The notes: generated by a model not told the origin, from the sequence alone. A DNA stretch of 64,000 nt from Mobula hypostoma (GCF_963921235.1 NC_086109.1:11470001-11534000); one strand, 5' to 3'; positions 23,541 through 37,100 are shown, numbered from the stretch's first letter. Made by a program: numbers and translations.

Positions 23541-25072
23541 CAGGTTTCCCCCGCCATCTGAAGGTAGAGCGTTCCGATGAAATGGTTCGTTAGCCGAAAT
23601 GTCGTAAAGCGAAGAAGCAATTACCATTTATTTATATGGGAACATTTTGTGAGCGTTCGCAGACCCAAAAATAACCTACCAAATCATGCCAAATAACACA
23701 TAAAACCTAAAATAACAGTAACATATTGTAAAAGCAGGAACGATATGATAAATACACAGCCTATATAAAGTAGAAATACTTCTCTGCAACGATTGCCTGC
23801 ACAGATCTCCGTAGCGAAAATCTCACGCAAGCGCTGTTGGCATAAACGCACTCTCCAGTAACCTTTAAACTATGAAGCTGCCAAATCTACCAAGTAACAC
23901 GTAAAAATACACAGCCTATATAAAGTAGAAATAATGTATGTATATTGTAGTATTGGAATTGGGAAAACAGCGCCGAGCACACTGATGATGGTGTGTTAGA
24001 CTGAGCCGTTGCAGGCTGGGTGGTGCAGTGGCCCCCACCCTCCGGGCTGCCGACCAGATACATTGCCGTGAAGCACGCAGGGGTCCAGTGGTAGCCAGGA
24101 GGCACACAGCACATCTTTAAGAAAAAAGCCGAAATAAACATACTAATTAATTAGGTGCTACCCGGCACGTAAATGTCAGCGCAGATCAGAGGCGATTGCT
24201 GATTGCATCGCCTCTGATCTGGGCCGACAATTACGAGTCGGCAGCACCTAATTAACTCGCATGTCTATTTCGGCCTTTTTCTTAAAGATGTGCTGTGTGC
24301 CTCCCGCCACCGTTGGCTTCTTCGCGAATCGGTACAGTATCTGTCCGGGGCCCCGGTGTTGGGGTGGTGGGACAGAGGGGGTGTCATCTCATCGTCGATC
24401 AGGGCAGGCGGCTCATCATCTCCTATGACTGCCTGCCTCGATGTCAAAGGTTGAGGTTTGTCGTCTGCTGTGGAGGGCTTGCTTGACTGCTGAGCCTCGA
24501 GCATTTTTTTTAATCATACAGTTGTTTGTAAGCACTCAACCCATCCTGCAAATATCCCCTAAACCTACGTACCCTTTCAAAATTAAAGTCGTACTTTATC
24601 ATTGCAGCGAAAATCTCACACAGCTGCTTCACTTTCTGCATTCGGTTTCGATTGTTATCCTTTCCTCTTCCAATTGCATCAGCTCTTCATCTATCAGTTC
24701 TTGGTCATGGGATGCCAAAACCTCTTCAACATCATCTTCGTCAACTTCCACAAGCCAAACTCACTTTGTCCTTGCTTCATTCACTACGATTGAATCGCTT
24801 AATTATTTCTAGCTTTATGCTAAGTGTAACACCCTTATGAGCTCTTTCAGGCTTTTCCGACACCTTAGAACTCATCTTGCTAACGGCTGCTCAATGCAAC
24901 GTGTTTAAGCAATGCCGTTCCAAATCCGGGGCAGAGCGTCTGCTCGGGGTGTGCACTGCCTTTCTTTGTAACAGTGAAAACACCTTCTGAAAGTGAAAAC
25001 AGGGTACTAATGTAGGTCTTTCGTAACAGTGAGGTTTCGTAAAGCGAACATTCGAAAAGCGGGGGACACCTG
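23541..25072 (-). mobile_element. Tigger/pogo-like non-autonomous DNA transposon
   Basis: TA|CAGGT(T/G)TCCCCCGC TIRs at both ends; minus-strand remnant EVDEDDVEEVLASHDQELIDEELMQLEEER typical of a Tigger C-terminus. Confidence 0.82.
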
Positions 25073-25075
25073 TAT

Positions 25076-25459
25076 TTGCTTTGGAAGTTATCATCTGTGA
25101 TCCTGACAGCAGCTCATGCACCACCAGTGGCCGACAATAAGCAAGCATTCACAACACTGCATGGTGTCTGCAGACAAGAAGCAGCCCATATTGACACATT
25201 TCCAATTGTAGCTGGAGACTTCAACCAGCCCTGTTTGAAGAATACCCTGCTCAGTTACCGCCACCATATAATCTGTAGCACCAGAGGTCCCTTCATTCTG
25301 GACCGCTGCTGCAGTATGTTAATGAATGCCTGCTGTTTCTTGCCCAGACTGCATTTTGGTAAATTGGATCACTTGCCTGTCCTCTTCCTCGCTGTATACA
25401 GGCAGAGCCTAAAAAGCAAGGCTCCAGAGAGAAAAAAATGTAAGAAATCAGGTGGATGA
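25076..25459 (-). mobile_element. Rex1/Babar-like APE endonuclease remnant
   Basis: IVAGDFN...STRG...LD...HFGKLDH. Confidence 0.65.
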
Positions 25460-25479
25460 TCTTGTTGCACTGTTGTAGA

Positions 25480-26460
25480 TTGTCAGGTATGGTGTTGTGA
25501 CTGATTGATAAGAGATTGCAGCCAATGGGAATAAAAGGATCCTTTTCTGGTTGGCTGCCTAAGACTAGTGATGTTCAGCGGGTGTTGCTGTTGGCACTGC
25601 TTGTTATGCAGTATATCAATGGTTTAGATGATGGAATAGGTGGCTTTTTGCCAAGATTGCAGGTGATACGAAGACTGGCGTAGGGGCAGGTAGTATTGAG
25701 GAAATAGGTAGGCTGCAGAAGGACTTAGACAGATTAGGAGAATGGGCGAGAGAGAGGGGCAAATGAAATACAATGTTGGAAAATGCATGGTCACACACTT
25801 TGCTGGAAGAAATAAATATGCAGACTATTTTCTAAATGGGGAGAAAATCCAAAAATCTGAGATGCAAAGGGACTTCGGAGTCCTTGTGCAGAACAACCTA
25901 AAGGTTGAGTTGGTGGTGAGGAAGGCTAGAATACAAGAGAAGGAATGTGATGCTGAGGGTTTATAAGGCACTGGTGAATCCTCACCTTGAGTATTGTGAA
26001 TAGTTTTGGGCTCCTCATCTACAAAAGGATATGCTGGCATTGGAGGTGGTTCAGAGGAGATTCACAAGAATGATTCTGGGAATGAAAGGGTTATCATACA
26101 AAGAATGTTTGATAGCTGTGGGTCTGTACTTGCTGGGATTTAGAAGGATAAGGGGAAATCTGATTGGAACCTTTCGAATGTTGAAAGGCCTAGACAGTAG
26201 ATATGGATGGGATGTTTCCCATGGTGGGGGAGCCTAGGAATAGAGGGTACTTCCTCAGGATAGAGGTGCATATATTTAAAGCAAAAATGTGGAGAAATTT
26301 TTGATGGTGTATTTGTGGAATTTATTACCACAGGCAGCTGTGGAGGCCAGGTTATTGGGTGTAATTAAGGTAGAGTTTGAAAGGTGAATGGACATGGCAT
26401 CAAAGGTTTTGGGGAGAAGGCTGGGTATTGGGGCTGAGGAGGGGAATAAAGAATTAGCCA
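25480..26460 (+). mobile_element. Degenerate CR1 RT and 3' fragment
   Basis: MKYNVGKCMVTHF...QRDFGVLVQ; VVQRRFTRMILGMKGLSY. Confidence 0.75.
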
Positions 26461-26461
26461 T

Positions 26462-29400
26462 GATTTCTACTGCTGAGGTAACTTACTTTAGCAGTTTTCT
26501 AAAAACCTGGTAAGATTGTGTCCTTCTGGTTAAGTGTTTTGGCTTTGGCTAAAGATAAGGAGCAATGTTGTCCAATTTAGAAATGTTGTATCAATCAATC
26601 AGGATTGCGGGATTTAGTGAAGTTTCTAGAGAGCTAAGCAGAAAGCGATTTCTGAAGGACAGTAGTCTTGTTTGGGGTCCATCAGGGTGGGAACTACAAA
26701 GCGGCACAGAAGGGAAGATGCCTCACAATGCTGTTGGAAGCATTCTCCCCGTTGCAAGAAGTGCTTTGCGCAGATGAATGGCTCCAAAGGGGAAAGGCCA
26801 ATACTCATAAGAGAGCCAGTTCATTTGAGATGGTCTTTGAGGGAAATATGGACGATGGCAGTTGCTTTCACAAAGCCTGTTGGTCCAGCGTGAGTAAAGT
26901 GATACACCCTCGACTACTTCAGAAATGAGTTCTATTGTTAATGTGCACATTGGACTGGTTTAACTGTAATGAGCCTTTTTCTTTTTTTTAACTGTAAATT
27001 TGGTAAATATACTTTCTTTATAATTTTATGCTGGTGTACGATCTGTTATTTCTGGGTATGAGCAGTATTTACACTCATTCATTCAAATTGATGTTCCTTT
27101 AATTGGAACATCCCAGCGGTCCTGTCTGGTTGAACACCAAATCATACAGACCCTTGACGTATATTGCTTACAAAAGGCAGACTCCTCACCGCTGAGTCAT
27201 GTGGCTGTTTTTTTTTAGCGTGTCACACCAGACAGTCAGCCGTTCTTGACTGGCGCGTGGTGTCAGGATTGGTCTCCTTTCAGGTTAAGTGGGTCACGAT
27301 ATGAACGTTACTGACTCTACCTTTTTTTTTATGAGGCCGAGTGGCTAGCTCGACGATCAACCCGGCATGGATGGAAAGCCCGCTTGGGGGCTGGCCTGAC
27401 TTGGATTTGAACTCGGGAGCCTGTTAGAAGAATGTGGCTGTTAGCAGAATTAGATAACATGCCAAGTTGGTGCATGAGCCCTGGTGAGAGGGTTACATTT
27501 GTGGGGTGCTCGTCCCAGATGTCGGATACTGTGTGAATGCTGTTTTAGGATTGATTAACCGGTTCATATGTGTGTTTAAGCTGGTGTTGGTGGAAGTGAC
27601 ATGTGTCGTAATGAAATTACTTTAATATGAGTGCTGTGGGGATTAAGGTTTGCTGCGATTTGAAGAGGTTATCCACAAATAATGCTTGTATTCTGAGTGG
27701 CATGGATATTTGAATTCCAAATGAAGTGCTACTGAGGGTGCTGAGTTCTGTAAAAGTACTGGGAAAAGTTACGCTGATTGAGTGGTATTTTGTCCAATCA
27801 GCTGGTGAGGATGTCACGATAGACCAGGCTACCAGTAACATGACTGATGTTGAGCTTCCCGATAGGATAGGGACACCTGGAGAGGTGGGGCCATGGGCTG
27901 TCCATAGTTTTAGAAAAGGTGGGAATGTAGCTGAGGGTTCATTAAGGATAAGTTGTTCTCGCTCTGTGAATTTAGGGAAAGGAGTTGTCTGATGTGAGAA
28001 GTCTATCAAGTCCTCCAGCAGTTGATTTAAGCTCTGAGTTGGTTTTGCCTGTTACATCACTGGATGATGAATGCCAAAGTGTACTTGTGGAGAGCAGAAG
28101 TTATCGTAGGCTTAGAATTTTCTCTGGAGTTAAGTCCACACCCGATGGGAAAGACGACCATGAGGCTTGAGCTGAGCAGATCTCAGTCACTGGTTTTATG
28201 ACAGTGCTCAGATAGTGTGAAGAAACTGAGTCTAGTAGAGAGTTTAAAGGTTCCGGTGGGTGATATAGTGAATTTTCTTGAAGGCAGAAAACCCATTAGC
28301 CACTTCAGCTAATTTCCTGCAAGTTCTCGAAGATGCTTTTGGCACAGCTGAAAGTGCAGATGATCTTAGGATGAACTTCCAGGAGAAAGGGGAGTTGTTG
28401 TCTGCCTACCTTTTCAGGTTGGAGAAACTGTGGCTGTGTTTGTGCCAGAAAGGGGGTATTGTACTGCCTGTAGGAAGTTGCTCGAGGGTGGAGCAAGTTG
28501 AGGAGGGCATGCAGTCACATGACATGATTGCTTTATGTGTTCGAATAACTCAAAAGTTGAACCCTCCTCCGTCTTTTACTGAGTTACTCAGAGAAGTTAG
28601 AGTGGAGGAAAACATGGTTGAGAAGTGGAGTATTTCCAAAAGCAGAGAAGTGTCTTCAGTGGTAGCCTCTACTGTTAAAAGGGCCCCAGATGCCACAAAG
28701 ATAGAGCTTCTGAGGAATGAGGTGAAAACCCTTCGAGCTGAGCTGACTCAATGGATGCCTGCTAATGTGTCAGCTGAATGTGACGCGTCTGTTGTGAAAC
28801 GCGACAAACCTGTAGGACATGTCAAGCAGAGGAATGCTGCTAAAAAGGGCCTTTGACTGGAGAGGTGACTGGCCTTTTCTGTTACAGCAGTGAGAAGATG
28901 GATATTTCAAGTGAGACTGTGAGTGATGGGAAAATCTTCCAAAAGTAAGTCAGCAGCAGTTAATCAAAGAGGGACGAAACTACACAGGGACCCAGTAAAG
29001 GAATGTGCTGGCACCTCAGAAAGAATACATTTTAATCAGCGTATCAAGGCAAATATTAAAGCACAAAACACTGTTCCTGATGATTTAGTGGGACGAAGCT
29101 CTGATGTATCCATATAGATCGAAAGTATTTATGTTAGAGCCATACTGGACACTGGTTCTCAAATTACATCACTTTAGAGATCCTTCAACAAGCAGTATCT
29201 GATGCATTTACCATTGACACCACTCAGTTCCCTTGAGATTTTGGGGCTTAGTACTGATGATTACCTGAACGATGGTTACTTATCGTTGAAAGTGCAATTT
29301 TCAGAAGCTGGTGTTGGAGTAACTGAGGCTTTTGATATCCTTGTGTCAGTCTGCCAGGATCTGGCTGATAAAGGGGAAGCTTCCATTGTTGTGGGAACAA

Positions 29401-31372
29401 TTACTCCAATTGTGAGAAGGCTCATGGGAGCGTGCAGAAAGAGAGATGGACAGAATTTTTTGAAAACCGTGTCCACTCACCCTGTGTTCAGAGCTGCTTT
29501 TGATAAAGTGCAATTTCCTCTTAAGTGGGATGATTAGCATAAATGAGTAACTGTGTCGTAAACCCAGTCCACCCCTGACATGTTATGTCCTGAAGAACTA
29601 GCTGGAACAACTGGAAACCCCAAGTCCCCCAGAATGCCTGATGTGAGACTCTCCTGATGGATGCTGTAGAGGATCACGAAGAAGAGTCACGCTCACCTGC
29701 TGGAGTGCTGGTGAGACGTGAACTGCAGAGACCTTCGGCTGTCCATGCAAACAGGATGACAGTGATTGTCAGGAACACCATGGAGAAGTGTTACCCTTAG
29801 ACATGGGATGCCAATGGCGCATCTTTTCCCTGCAATGGGAATGTCTAGTTTTCCAGTGAGAAAAACAGTAGAGAAACATTCTCCTGGTTTGGGAAAGTTA
29901 ACAGCAAAGTCATTCAACTTTGGTGACTTCCCAGTACCCAAGGAATGGAAAAGCAGGATAACTGAGAAGATGCTGATGTTCAAAGTTGCTTTTTCTACTG
30001 ATGAGTTTGGTGGTAGTTGTTCCAAGTGTACTCGCCACAGTATTAGAATGACGGAGGACACCCCTTTCCAGGAGAGGTCTCACTGTTTAGCACCAACGGA
30101 GGTTGAACATGTTGAGCAGCCCAGTTTCAACTGGGCTGCAGAATAATTGAGGATGAAGCTGAGTTTAGTCAAGTGGCAAGGGGACATGAGTCGCTGGAAT
30201 GAATGAGTGATAAATGGAGGAGGCATCCCCAAGAAAACAGGAACAGTATTGAGGAGTGCCTGAGGCTGAAGAAGCTGAAGATGAAATAAGATGATCTCAG
30301 AGAGTCAGGAAACCCCCAGTAGACTGGCATGTGATGCACTGGGGAAACAGTGTTCTGTCCACACCAATGGACTGACAATATGTTATTGCCAATTACAAAT
30401 GGATTGGGGGCCCTGAAATCACAAACTTCATTTGAATACTGTTAGTAATAATGGTTAAATAAATTCCAAAGTCATGAGAATGTGACTATTTTTGTGATGG
30501 GGGGAGGGGTGGGGAGAGTGTAATTCTCTAGTTAAGATTTCTACTGCTATGCTGAGTGGAACTTATTTTAGCAGTATTTCGAAAGACCGGTGTGTGCTGC
30601 TGGTAAGAGCATTTTAGCTTCAGCTAAAGGCAAGGAACCATGTTTTCCAAGATGGGATTGTTGTGTCAGCCAATCAGGATTGTGGGATGTAAAGAAGGTT
30701 CTAGAGAGCTGTGTGGGAAGAGATTTCTGAAAGACAGTAGTCTGGTTTGGGGTCCTTTAGGGCTGGAGCTGTGGAGAGGGTCAGGAGGGAAGATGCTGCA
30801 AAGTGCCTTTGGAAGGAGAGTCCCCATTGCAAGAAGCACTTTGTGCAGATGAATAGCTCGAAGGAGGAAGGGCCAATACTCCTGAGGGATTCGGTTTGTT
30901 AGAATTGATCTTTGAGGGAAATTCCGTCTGTGACAAATGGTTTCGTACAGACCATGGGTCCAGGACGTGAGGAAAGCAATACACCCCCTGACTACTACTG
31001 AAATGAGCTCCAGCATTTATGTGTACATTGGACTGGTTTATCTGTAATGGGCCCTTTTATTTATCTTAGCATTTTTTCTGCAACTATAAATCTGGTTAAT
31101 ATACTTCCTTTATAATTTCATGCTGCTGCACGATCTGTTATTTCTGGGCTACTGATAATTGTGTATGGGCTGTACTTACACAGCTTTCGCTCAAATTGAG
31201 GTTTCTTTAATTGGAAGATTGCAACATTTGTGTTTGGTTGAATGCCAAATCGGCCTGACCTGAGACGTGTATTGCTTATGAAAGGCAGCCTCCTCACCAA
31301 TGAGTCACGTGGCTGTTAGCAGAGTTAGATAAAGATCCAAGTTGGTGCGCAAGCCCCATTGAGAGGGTTACA
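26462..31372 (+). mobile_element. Old Ty3/Gypsy LTR retrotransposon (PNMA-like gag), internally deleted
   Basis: 5' LTR about 26462-27497, tRNA-Pro-like PBS 27502-27520, gag remnant 28278-28856 (LQVLEDAFG...LSAYLFRLE), protease ILDTGSQIT 29142-29168, PPT 30499-30518, 3' LTR 30519-31372 (TGTAA...TTACA). The LTRs are visibly diverged. Confidence 0.85.
27208..27431 (-). mobile_element. tRNA-derived SINE-like insertion in the 5' LTR
   Basis: 9-bp TSD ATGTGGCTG (27199-27207 and 27432-27440), poly(A) tail on the minus strand, B-box-like GAGTTCAAATCC. Confidence 0.75.
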
Positions 31373-34011
31373 TATAGATTTGCTGAGTAAGCCCACAGAA
31401 AAGTGAACCTCAGGCTAAATATGTCGACATATATGCACTTTGATAACAAATTTACTTTGAACCTTGCTATCTAAAGCAGAGGTTGATAGGTTTTTGATCA
31501 GTATGGCCATCAAAGGTTACAGGAAGAAGGCAAGAGAATAGGATTGGGAAGGAAAATAAATCAGACTTGTTTGAATGGTGGATCGAACTTGATGGACTGA
31601 ATGGCAGAATTTTACCCAATGAGTTAGGTCTTTAGAGACTTACCAGTGACACAAGGGAGACGTACAGTAGATGCTGGAAATTTTAAACAACACACAGAAA
31701 ATGGAGTAAGACCTCAGAAGGCCAGGCAGTGTCAATGGAGGGGAATGAACAGTTCACATTTCTGATGGAGAACCTTCATCACACCTGGAAGGAAGGGAGC
31801 AGAAACCAGAAGAGAGGAGGAGCAGAGACTGGCAGGAGGAGTCCAGGTGGAGGGGAAGTGGGATTGAAAGGGAATGATGTGAGAAGCTCGAGGGTGATAG
31901 GTAGAATAGATAAAGGGCTGAAGGAGAAGTAATCTGATAGGAGATGACAGTGGACCATCATATTAAGGGAAGCGGCTGGCGACTCAGGGGGAGATGATGG
32001 GAAAGGGAGGGAAAGAGAAGGGCTAAGACAGCCATTAGAGTGAGAAGATGGCCTTCCAGTATGCATAGTGACCCCATTTGGAATCTTCTATTGAATCCTG
32101 AAACTTCTGTTCAGCTTCATCGCTGAGAGGTTCAGGTCTGTACAATGCAGATTTACCGATTTTTGCTCCTGATTCTGGCCTACTAGTTCTTCTATCTCCC
32201 CAGTTCTAAATCACACCATAGTCTTATAGTTACGGCTACACCCTCTCACACATCCCTGTTTGTCCCTAAGGTTGTCTGTACACCTCCCCGCCAACATGTC
32301 TGATTCTTGTTGGTTCCCCTGGTGGTGCATTAATGGGCTCCTAGAGCGGGTGTTGCTCCACAGGTCCAGTGTTCTCGTGGGCTCTGACTGCAGCTCCTAT
32401 TGTAGACAGACAGAATTCACACACACTCTGGGTTTACCTTCAGAGCAAACTTCCTCTTTATTCCAAGCCAGCCTCAACAAGGCAGTCACTCATCCGGAAG
32501 GAATGCTCCCCAATTCAAAGTTTTCATTCTTCTTACAGTGTTTTTTATCTATCTTTCCCTTCACTCTCTCTTCCCCACATGTGTAGTGTATTCATAGCGA
32601 GGTAAGCCTTTTGCAATGTCAAGCTTCAGTGTCTGTGTGCTCTGTGAGCAATCAAGTTTGGGTACTTTGTTTTATTTTAATTACAAAAATATGTTTACTG
32701 CAAATTTATAATTCTACAATACTACAAAACAGAGACAATGCAATGAGTAACTCGAACTAAATTAAAATGTTTCCAACACGGTCTGTGATATATTTATCCC
32801 CTGCAGTGCTGAATAATCCTAGAACCCCTCCATGGTAGCCGAGGACACCGAGTGACTGTTCTCCACGGGCACAGATGTACCCCCAGGAGATTGTCAGCCT
32901 GTCAGCCTAGGCTGGTAACCAGGCATCAGTTTCCTGTAGTTCAACTTCAGGCTGGAGCTCATGGTTTGGATCAAATTTCAACATTCAGGATTTAAGTTTA
33001 TTTGTCACACGCACATTAAAACATAGAGTGAAATACTTCATTTGTGTTAAGAACCAACATACTCGAGATTGTGCTGGGGAGGGATAAGTTGGCAGTGTGT
33101 TGGGGAATCGGAAAGTAGACGCTAGCAGTGTGTTGGGGTCTTATGAAGAGTTTTAGCCCAAAACATTGACTGTCTGCTCCTCTCCACAGACCCTGCCTGT
33201 CCTGCTCAGTTCCTCCAGCATTTTGTGTGTGTTGCCAGTGCATCCTTTCCCCTTCCCAAACTCACTGCTATCTGCCACCTCCCAATATACTGACAACTCC
33301 CCAACAATACACTGAATACTTCTCACCAACAAACTGACAGAATCTCCTTCTCCCCTCCACAACCCTGTAAACTCCCTCCTCCCAACACACTGACAACTTC
33401 CACTATTCCTTTCCCAACACACTGCCAATTTCCCTCACCTCTCCCCAATACCGGAAAAAGCTTGCCTTTTCTTTCCCCACCCCCCGCAACTTGGCAACTC
33501 CCTCCACCTCAACTTACCCCTCCCCAACGCACCACCAACTTCCAATTCCCAGCACCCTGGCAAATTCATTTTCCCCCCTCCTCAATGCCAACTACTCCCT
33601 CCCAACACATCATGAGCTTCTCTCTGCCCCACCTCCTCAACACTTTGTCATCTCCATTATCCTGAAAGCATTCTCTCAGCCCAATCCACTACCCCACCCC
33701 CCAGCAACTACCAACCCAACCGCAAGCACCAACTACCAGCCATCCCTCCACCCAACTCAACAGTCCCCCAGCCTTGGGCTCCATGCAACCTTGTCTTGCC
33801 TACAGGTCTCATCAAGCCTGTTGTTGTTGAACACCCCTGAGCTTGTTCAAGGACAAAGAGGGATGAAGAACAATGTGGCCACCAGCTGCTTGCACCTGCA
33901 CCAGTCCAACACAGCCCCACAGAATGCTGTCATGGTTGAGGGTTTGTGGGAAACAGCTGCACTAAAACAAAGAAACGTTCACCCAACTGTATTTGCGATG
34001 TTTTCTAGGTT

Positions 34012-34017
34012 TTTATT
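34012..34017 (-). terminator. AATAAA polyadenylation signal for the gene B membrane isoform
   Basis: tttatt on the + strand, about 35 nt downstream of the TGA at 34053. Confidence 0.55.
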
Positions 34018-34052
34018 GGAGCTTGAATTAAATATTATTAGTGGGCAACCAC

Positions 34053-34184
34053 TCAATACACTACAGTTTCTGAGTAATGTTGTGTTCTGGCATTTTCAGG
34101 AGAATGTTGAACAGGAAGATTGATGTGCATGTTTTCCATGTGATCTCTGCATTGCTTCACACTGGCATACACCACAGGCGTTTC
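34053..34184 (-). CDS. Gene B terminal cytoplasmic exon with ITIM VVYASV and truncated second ITIM
   Basis: Branch point CTAAC, pyrimidine tract and catacag|GAA (phase 0); encodes ETPVVYASVKQCRDHMENMHINLPVQHSPENARTQHYSETVVY*. Confidence 0.75.
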   Translation of the reverse strand, partial: ETPVVYASVKQCRDHMENMHINLPVQHSPENARTQHYSETVVY

Positions 34185-37100
34185 CTGTATGGTAAAGTGA
34201 GAAATATAGTTAGTGGTGGACTGTTGACAGGAGTGTGAACTCAGAAAATGGCAGAAGAGATCATCAGTGAGAAGAATGCGAGAGTAAGTAAACCAACACA
34301 GAGTACGTAAACAAACCCTAAGAGCTTTTCTTACGTCTATAAAGAGAAAATAAATCTCTGTGAACATAGAAAGTGAGCTTGGGGAAATGCCACGGGGAAT
34401 GAGTAAACACCATCTAGGACATGGTCTCTTCTGCATACTACATTTGGGGAGGAGATGAGGATACTGAAGACCCACCCTCAAAAATTTAGGAACAGTTTCT
34501 TCCCCTCTGCCTTGTGACTTTTGGGTGGTTCGTAATCCCATGAACACTACCCTGTTACTAATACAAGCGGTTTTACAGATGCTGGAAATCCAGAGCAACG
34601 CACAGAACCTGCTAGATCAGCGGCCCCCAACCACCGGGCCGCAAAGCATGCGCTACTGGGCTGTGAGGAACCGATATGATTTGGCGATAGGAGTCAGCTG
34701 CACCTTTCCTCATTCCCTGTCATGCCCACCGTTGAGCTTGAACACACGCGAGGTCATTACCCGCACGTCATCCGTGTCAGCGCGGGAAGGAGATCAACTC
34801 CTCGAGCTTGCAAATGACGGCGGGCTGAAAAGTATGTTTGACATAACATCTCTGCCAGCATTCTGGATCAAAGTCAAGGCTGAATATCCTGAGGTAGCCA
34901 CAAAAGCACTGAAAACGTTGCTTCCATTTCCAACATATCTCTGCAATGAATGCAACGAAAACTAAATTGTGGAATAGACTGGACATAAGGAACCCCCTTC
35001 GAGTATTGCTGTCTCCCACCACCCCTCGATAGGACCGTCTTGTTGCAGGAAAACAAGCCCAGGGCTCCCCCTGGTTCAGCGATATTGGTGTATTGCAATG
35101 ATTTTATATGTTTATACGGGGAAAATATGTGCTGTGTGTTTAATATTCAAACGTTACTTAAAATGTTATGATGCTATTGACTTATATAACCATATAACAA
35201 TTACAGCACAGAAACAGGCGATTTCTGCCCTTCTAGTCTGTGCCGAACGCTACTCTCACCTAGTCCCACCGACCTGCACTCAGCCCACAACCCTCCATTC
35301 CTTTCCTGTCCATATACCTATCCAATTTTTCTTTAAATGATAATACTGAACCTGCCTCTACTGGAAGTTCGTTCTACACTTACTTCAAGCTCCCCTGACA
35401 ATTGACTTATCGCTATATTCATGCGAGGAAAATATGCGCTGTGTGTTTAATATTAAATTCGTTAGATAAACCCATTTAGAAGGGAAATTGAGTGTATTAG
35501 CCACTTATCACCTATATTGCGTTCGTGATTAACACCCCCCCCAGAACAGAATAGCCAAAAGCGAATTATAGAAAAAATCAGCAAGTACACGAATGCGCAA
35601 AGTGTGCATGCGCACTGGTGCCCGCGCAAGGCTTCATGGTCATTGTAGTCTTTCAAGGGGGTAAACCCAACGTTTTTGACTGTTACTCTTGTTCGTTGGC
35701 AACCCTACCGCACCCAGCCCTCCCCCGCCGGTCGGCCGGTCCGCAGTGCGAAAAAGGTTGGGGACCCCTGTGCTAGAGGACCTCAGCAAGCCAGTCAGTA
35801 CTGACAGACAGGAAGAAAGAGTCAACATTACAAACTGAGACCCCTCATCAGTGCTGGAATCTCAGATCCATCTTCTTCAGATAACCATAAAAACAAATTT
35901 AACCATGGAGTTTGTTCAAAGAGAAACATTAAAACCCCTCCCCCACACAAAAGTCACATCATGCAGATGGCAAGAACATTAAACCAAAAAACCCCTCATA
36001 AAAAAACTAACATATTGCGTGAAACGGCGACGAGAACTAATGGGCAAAAAACAGAATATTAAAACCATAAAACTGAAAGAGCCACAGTCTGTAAGGGCAA
36101 TTTCTGAAACCAGAATAGTGGTAACACCAGAGCGTTCTGTACAGAATACCAAATTAATCTACTGCACTGCAATGTTAAACCCATGCTAACCAACCAAGAT
36201 GTCCACCTGAATTAGTCCCATTTGCCGCCATTTGGCCCATATCCTATTCGGCCTTTCTTATTCATGTACCAGTCCTAATGTCTTTTAAATGTAATTGCAT
36301 CTGTCTCTACAGTTTCCTCTGGCAACTTTTTCCATATACCCACCACCCCCTGTAAGAAGAAGATGTCCTTCAGTTCCCTTTTAAACTTTCCCTTCTCTCA
36401 TATTAAATCTATTCTTTTAATTCCCCTACCCTGGGGAACAGAAATTACCTCGCTGTACTTGTTCACATGACAATAAACTTCACTTGGAGTTACAAAACAA
36501 AATAAAATTGTGTAAATGTCTGTACCTATTGAGAAACAGGATGGCTTCGTCTGCTTTTGAACTCCTTCATTTAGCTCCTGGTTTGCTGCTTTCATCACTT
36601 CCTTTGTACCACTTTCAAAGAAAAACATTCTTGTTCATTCTAGGTATAACCACAACACTTGTATCATCTTACTGGAGCTTCCAACCATCCGGCAGAGGTA
36701 TTGATTTTGTAGAAACATGCAACAAAGAAGCTGCTGGGATCTCAATGTTGTGCCAACTTTTTAACCTACTGCAAGCCCATTCTACCCCTCCCCCTCCCAC
36801 ATAGGCCTTCATTTTTCTTTCATCCATGTGCCTATCTAAGAATCTCTCGAATGTTGTGAATGCATTTGTCTCTACCACCACCCTGGCAGTGCATTCCACT
36901 CCCTGTATGAAAAACTACCTCTGATATACCCCCCAAACTTTACTCCAATCACCTTAAATGTGTGCCTTCTTGTATTAGACATTGTCATGCTGGGTAATAG
37001 GGTCTGGATTCCACTCCCATCTATTTCCCTTGTCACCTTATACATCTCTATCAAGGTGTTGTCTAACCAGTGCTTTGCAAATGTATAAACTGGTTGCTTT

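Noticed and set aside
28278-28856. PNMA-like ORF as a domesticated gag gene
   Set aside because: It sits between paired LTRs with PBS, protease remnant and PPT, and is truncated with neighbouring stops, so it is an ordinary decayed Gypsy element.
33462-34123. 210-aa Pro/Ser/Thr-rich plus-strand ORF resembling a mucin stalk
   Set aside because: Wrong strand for the receptor genes; C-rich low-complexity and repeat-derived sequence overlapping the gene B 3' flank; no splice support.
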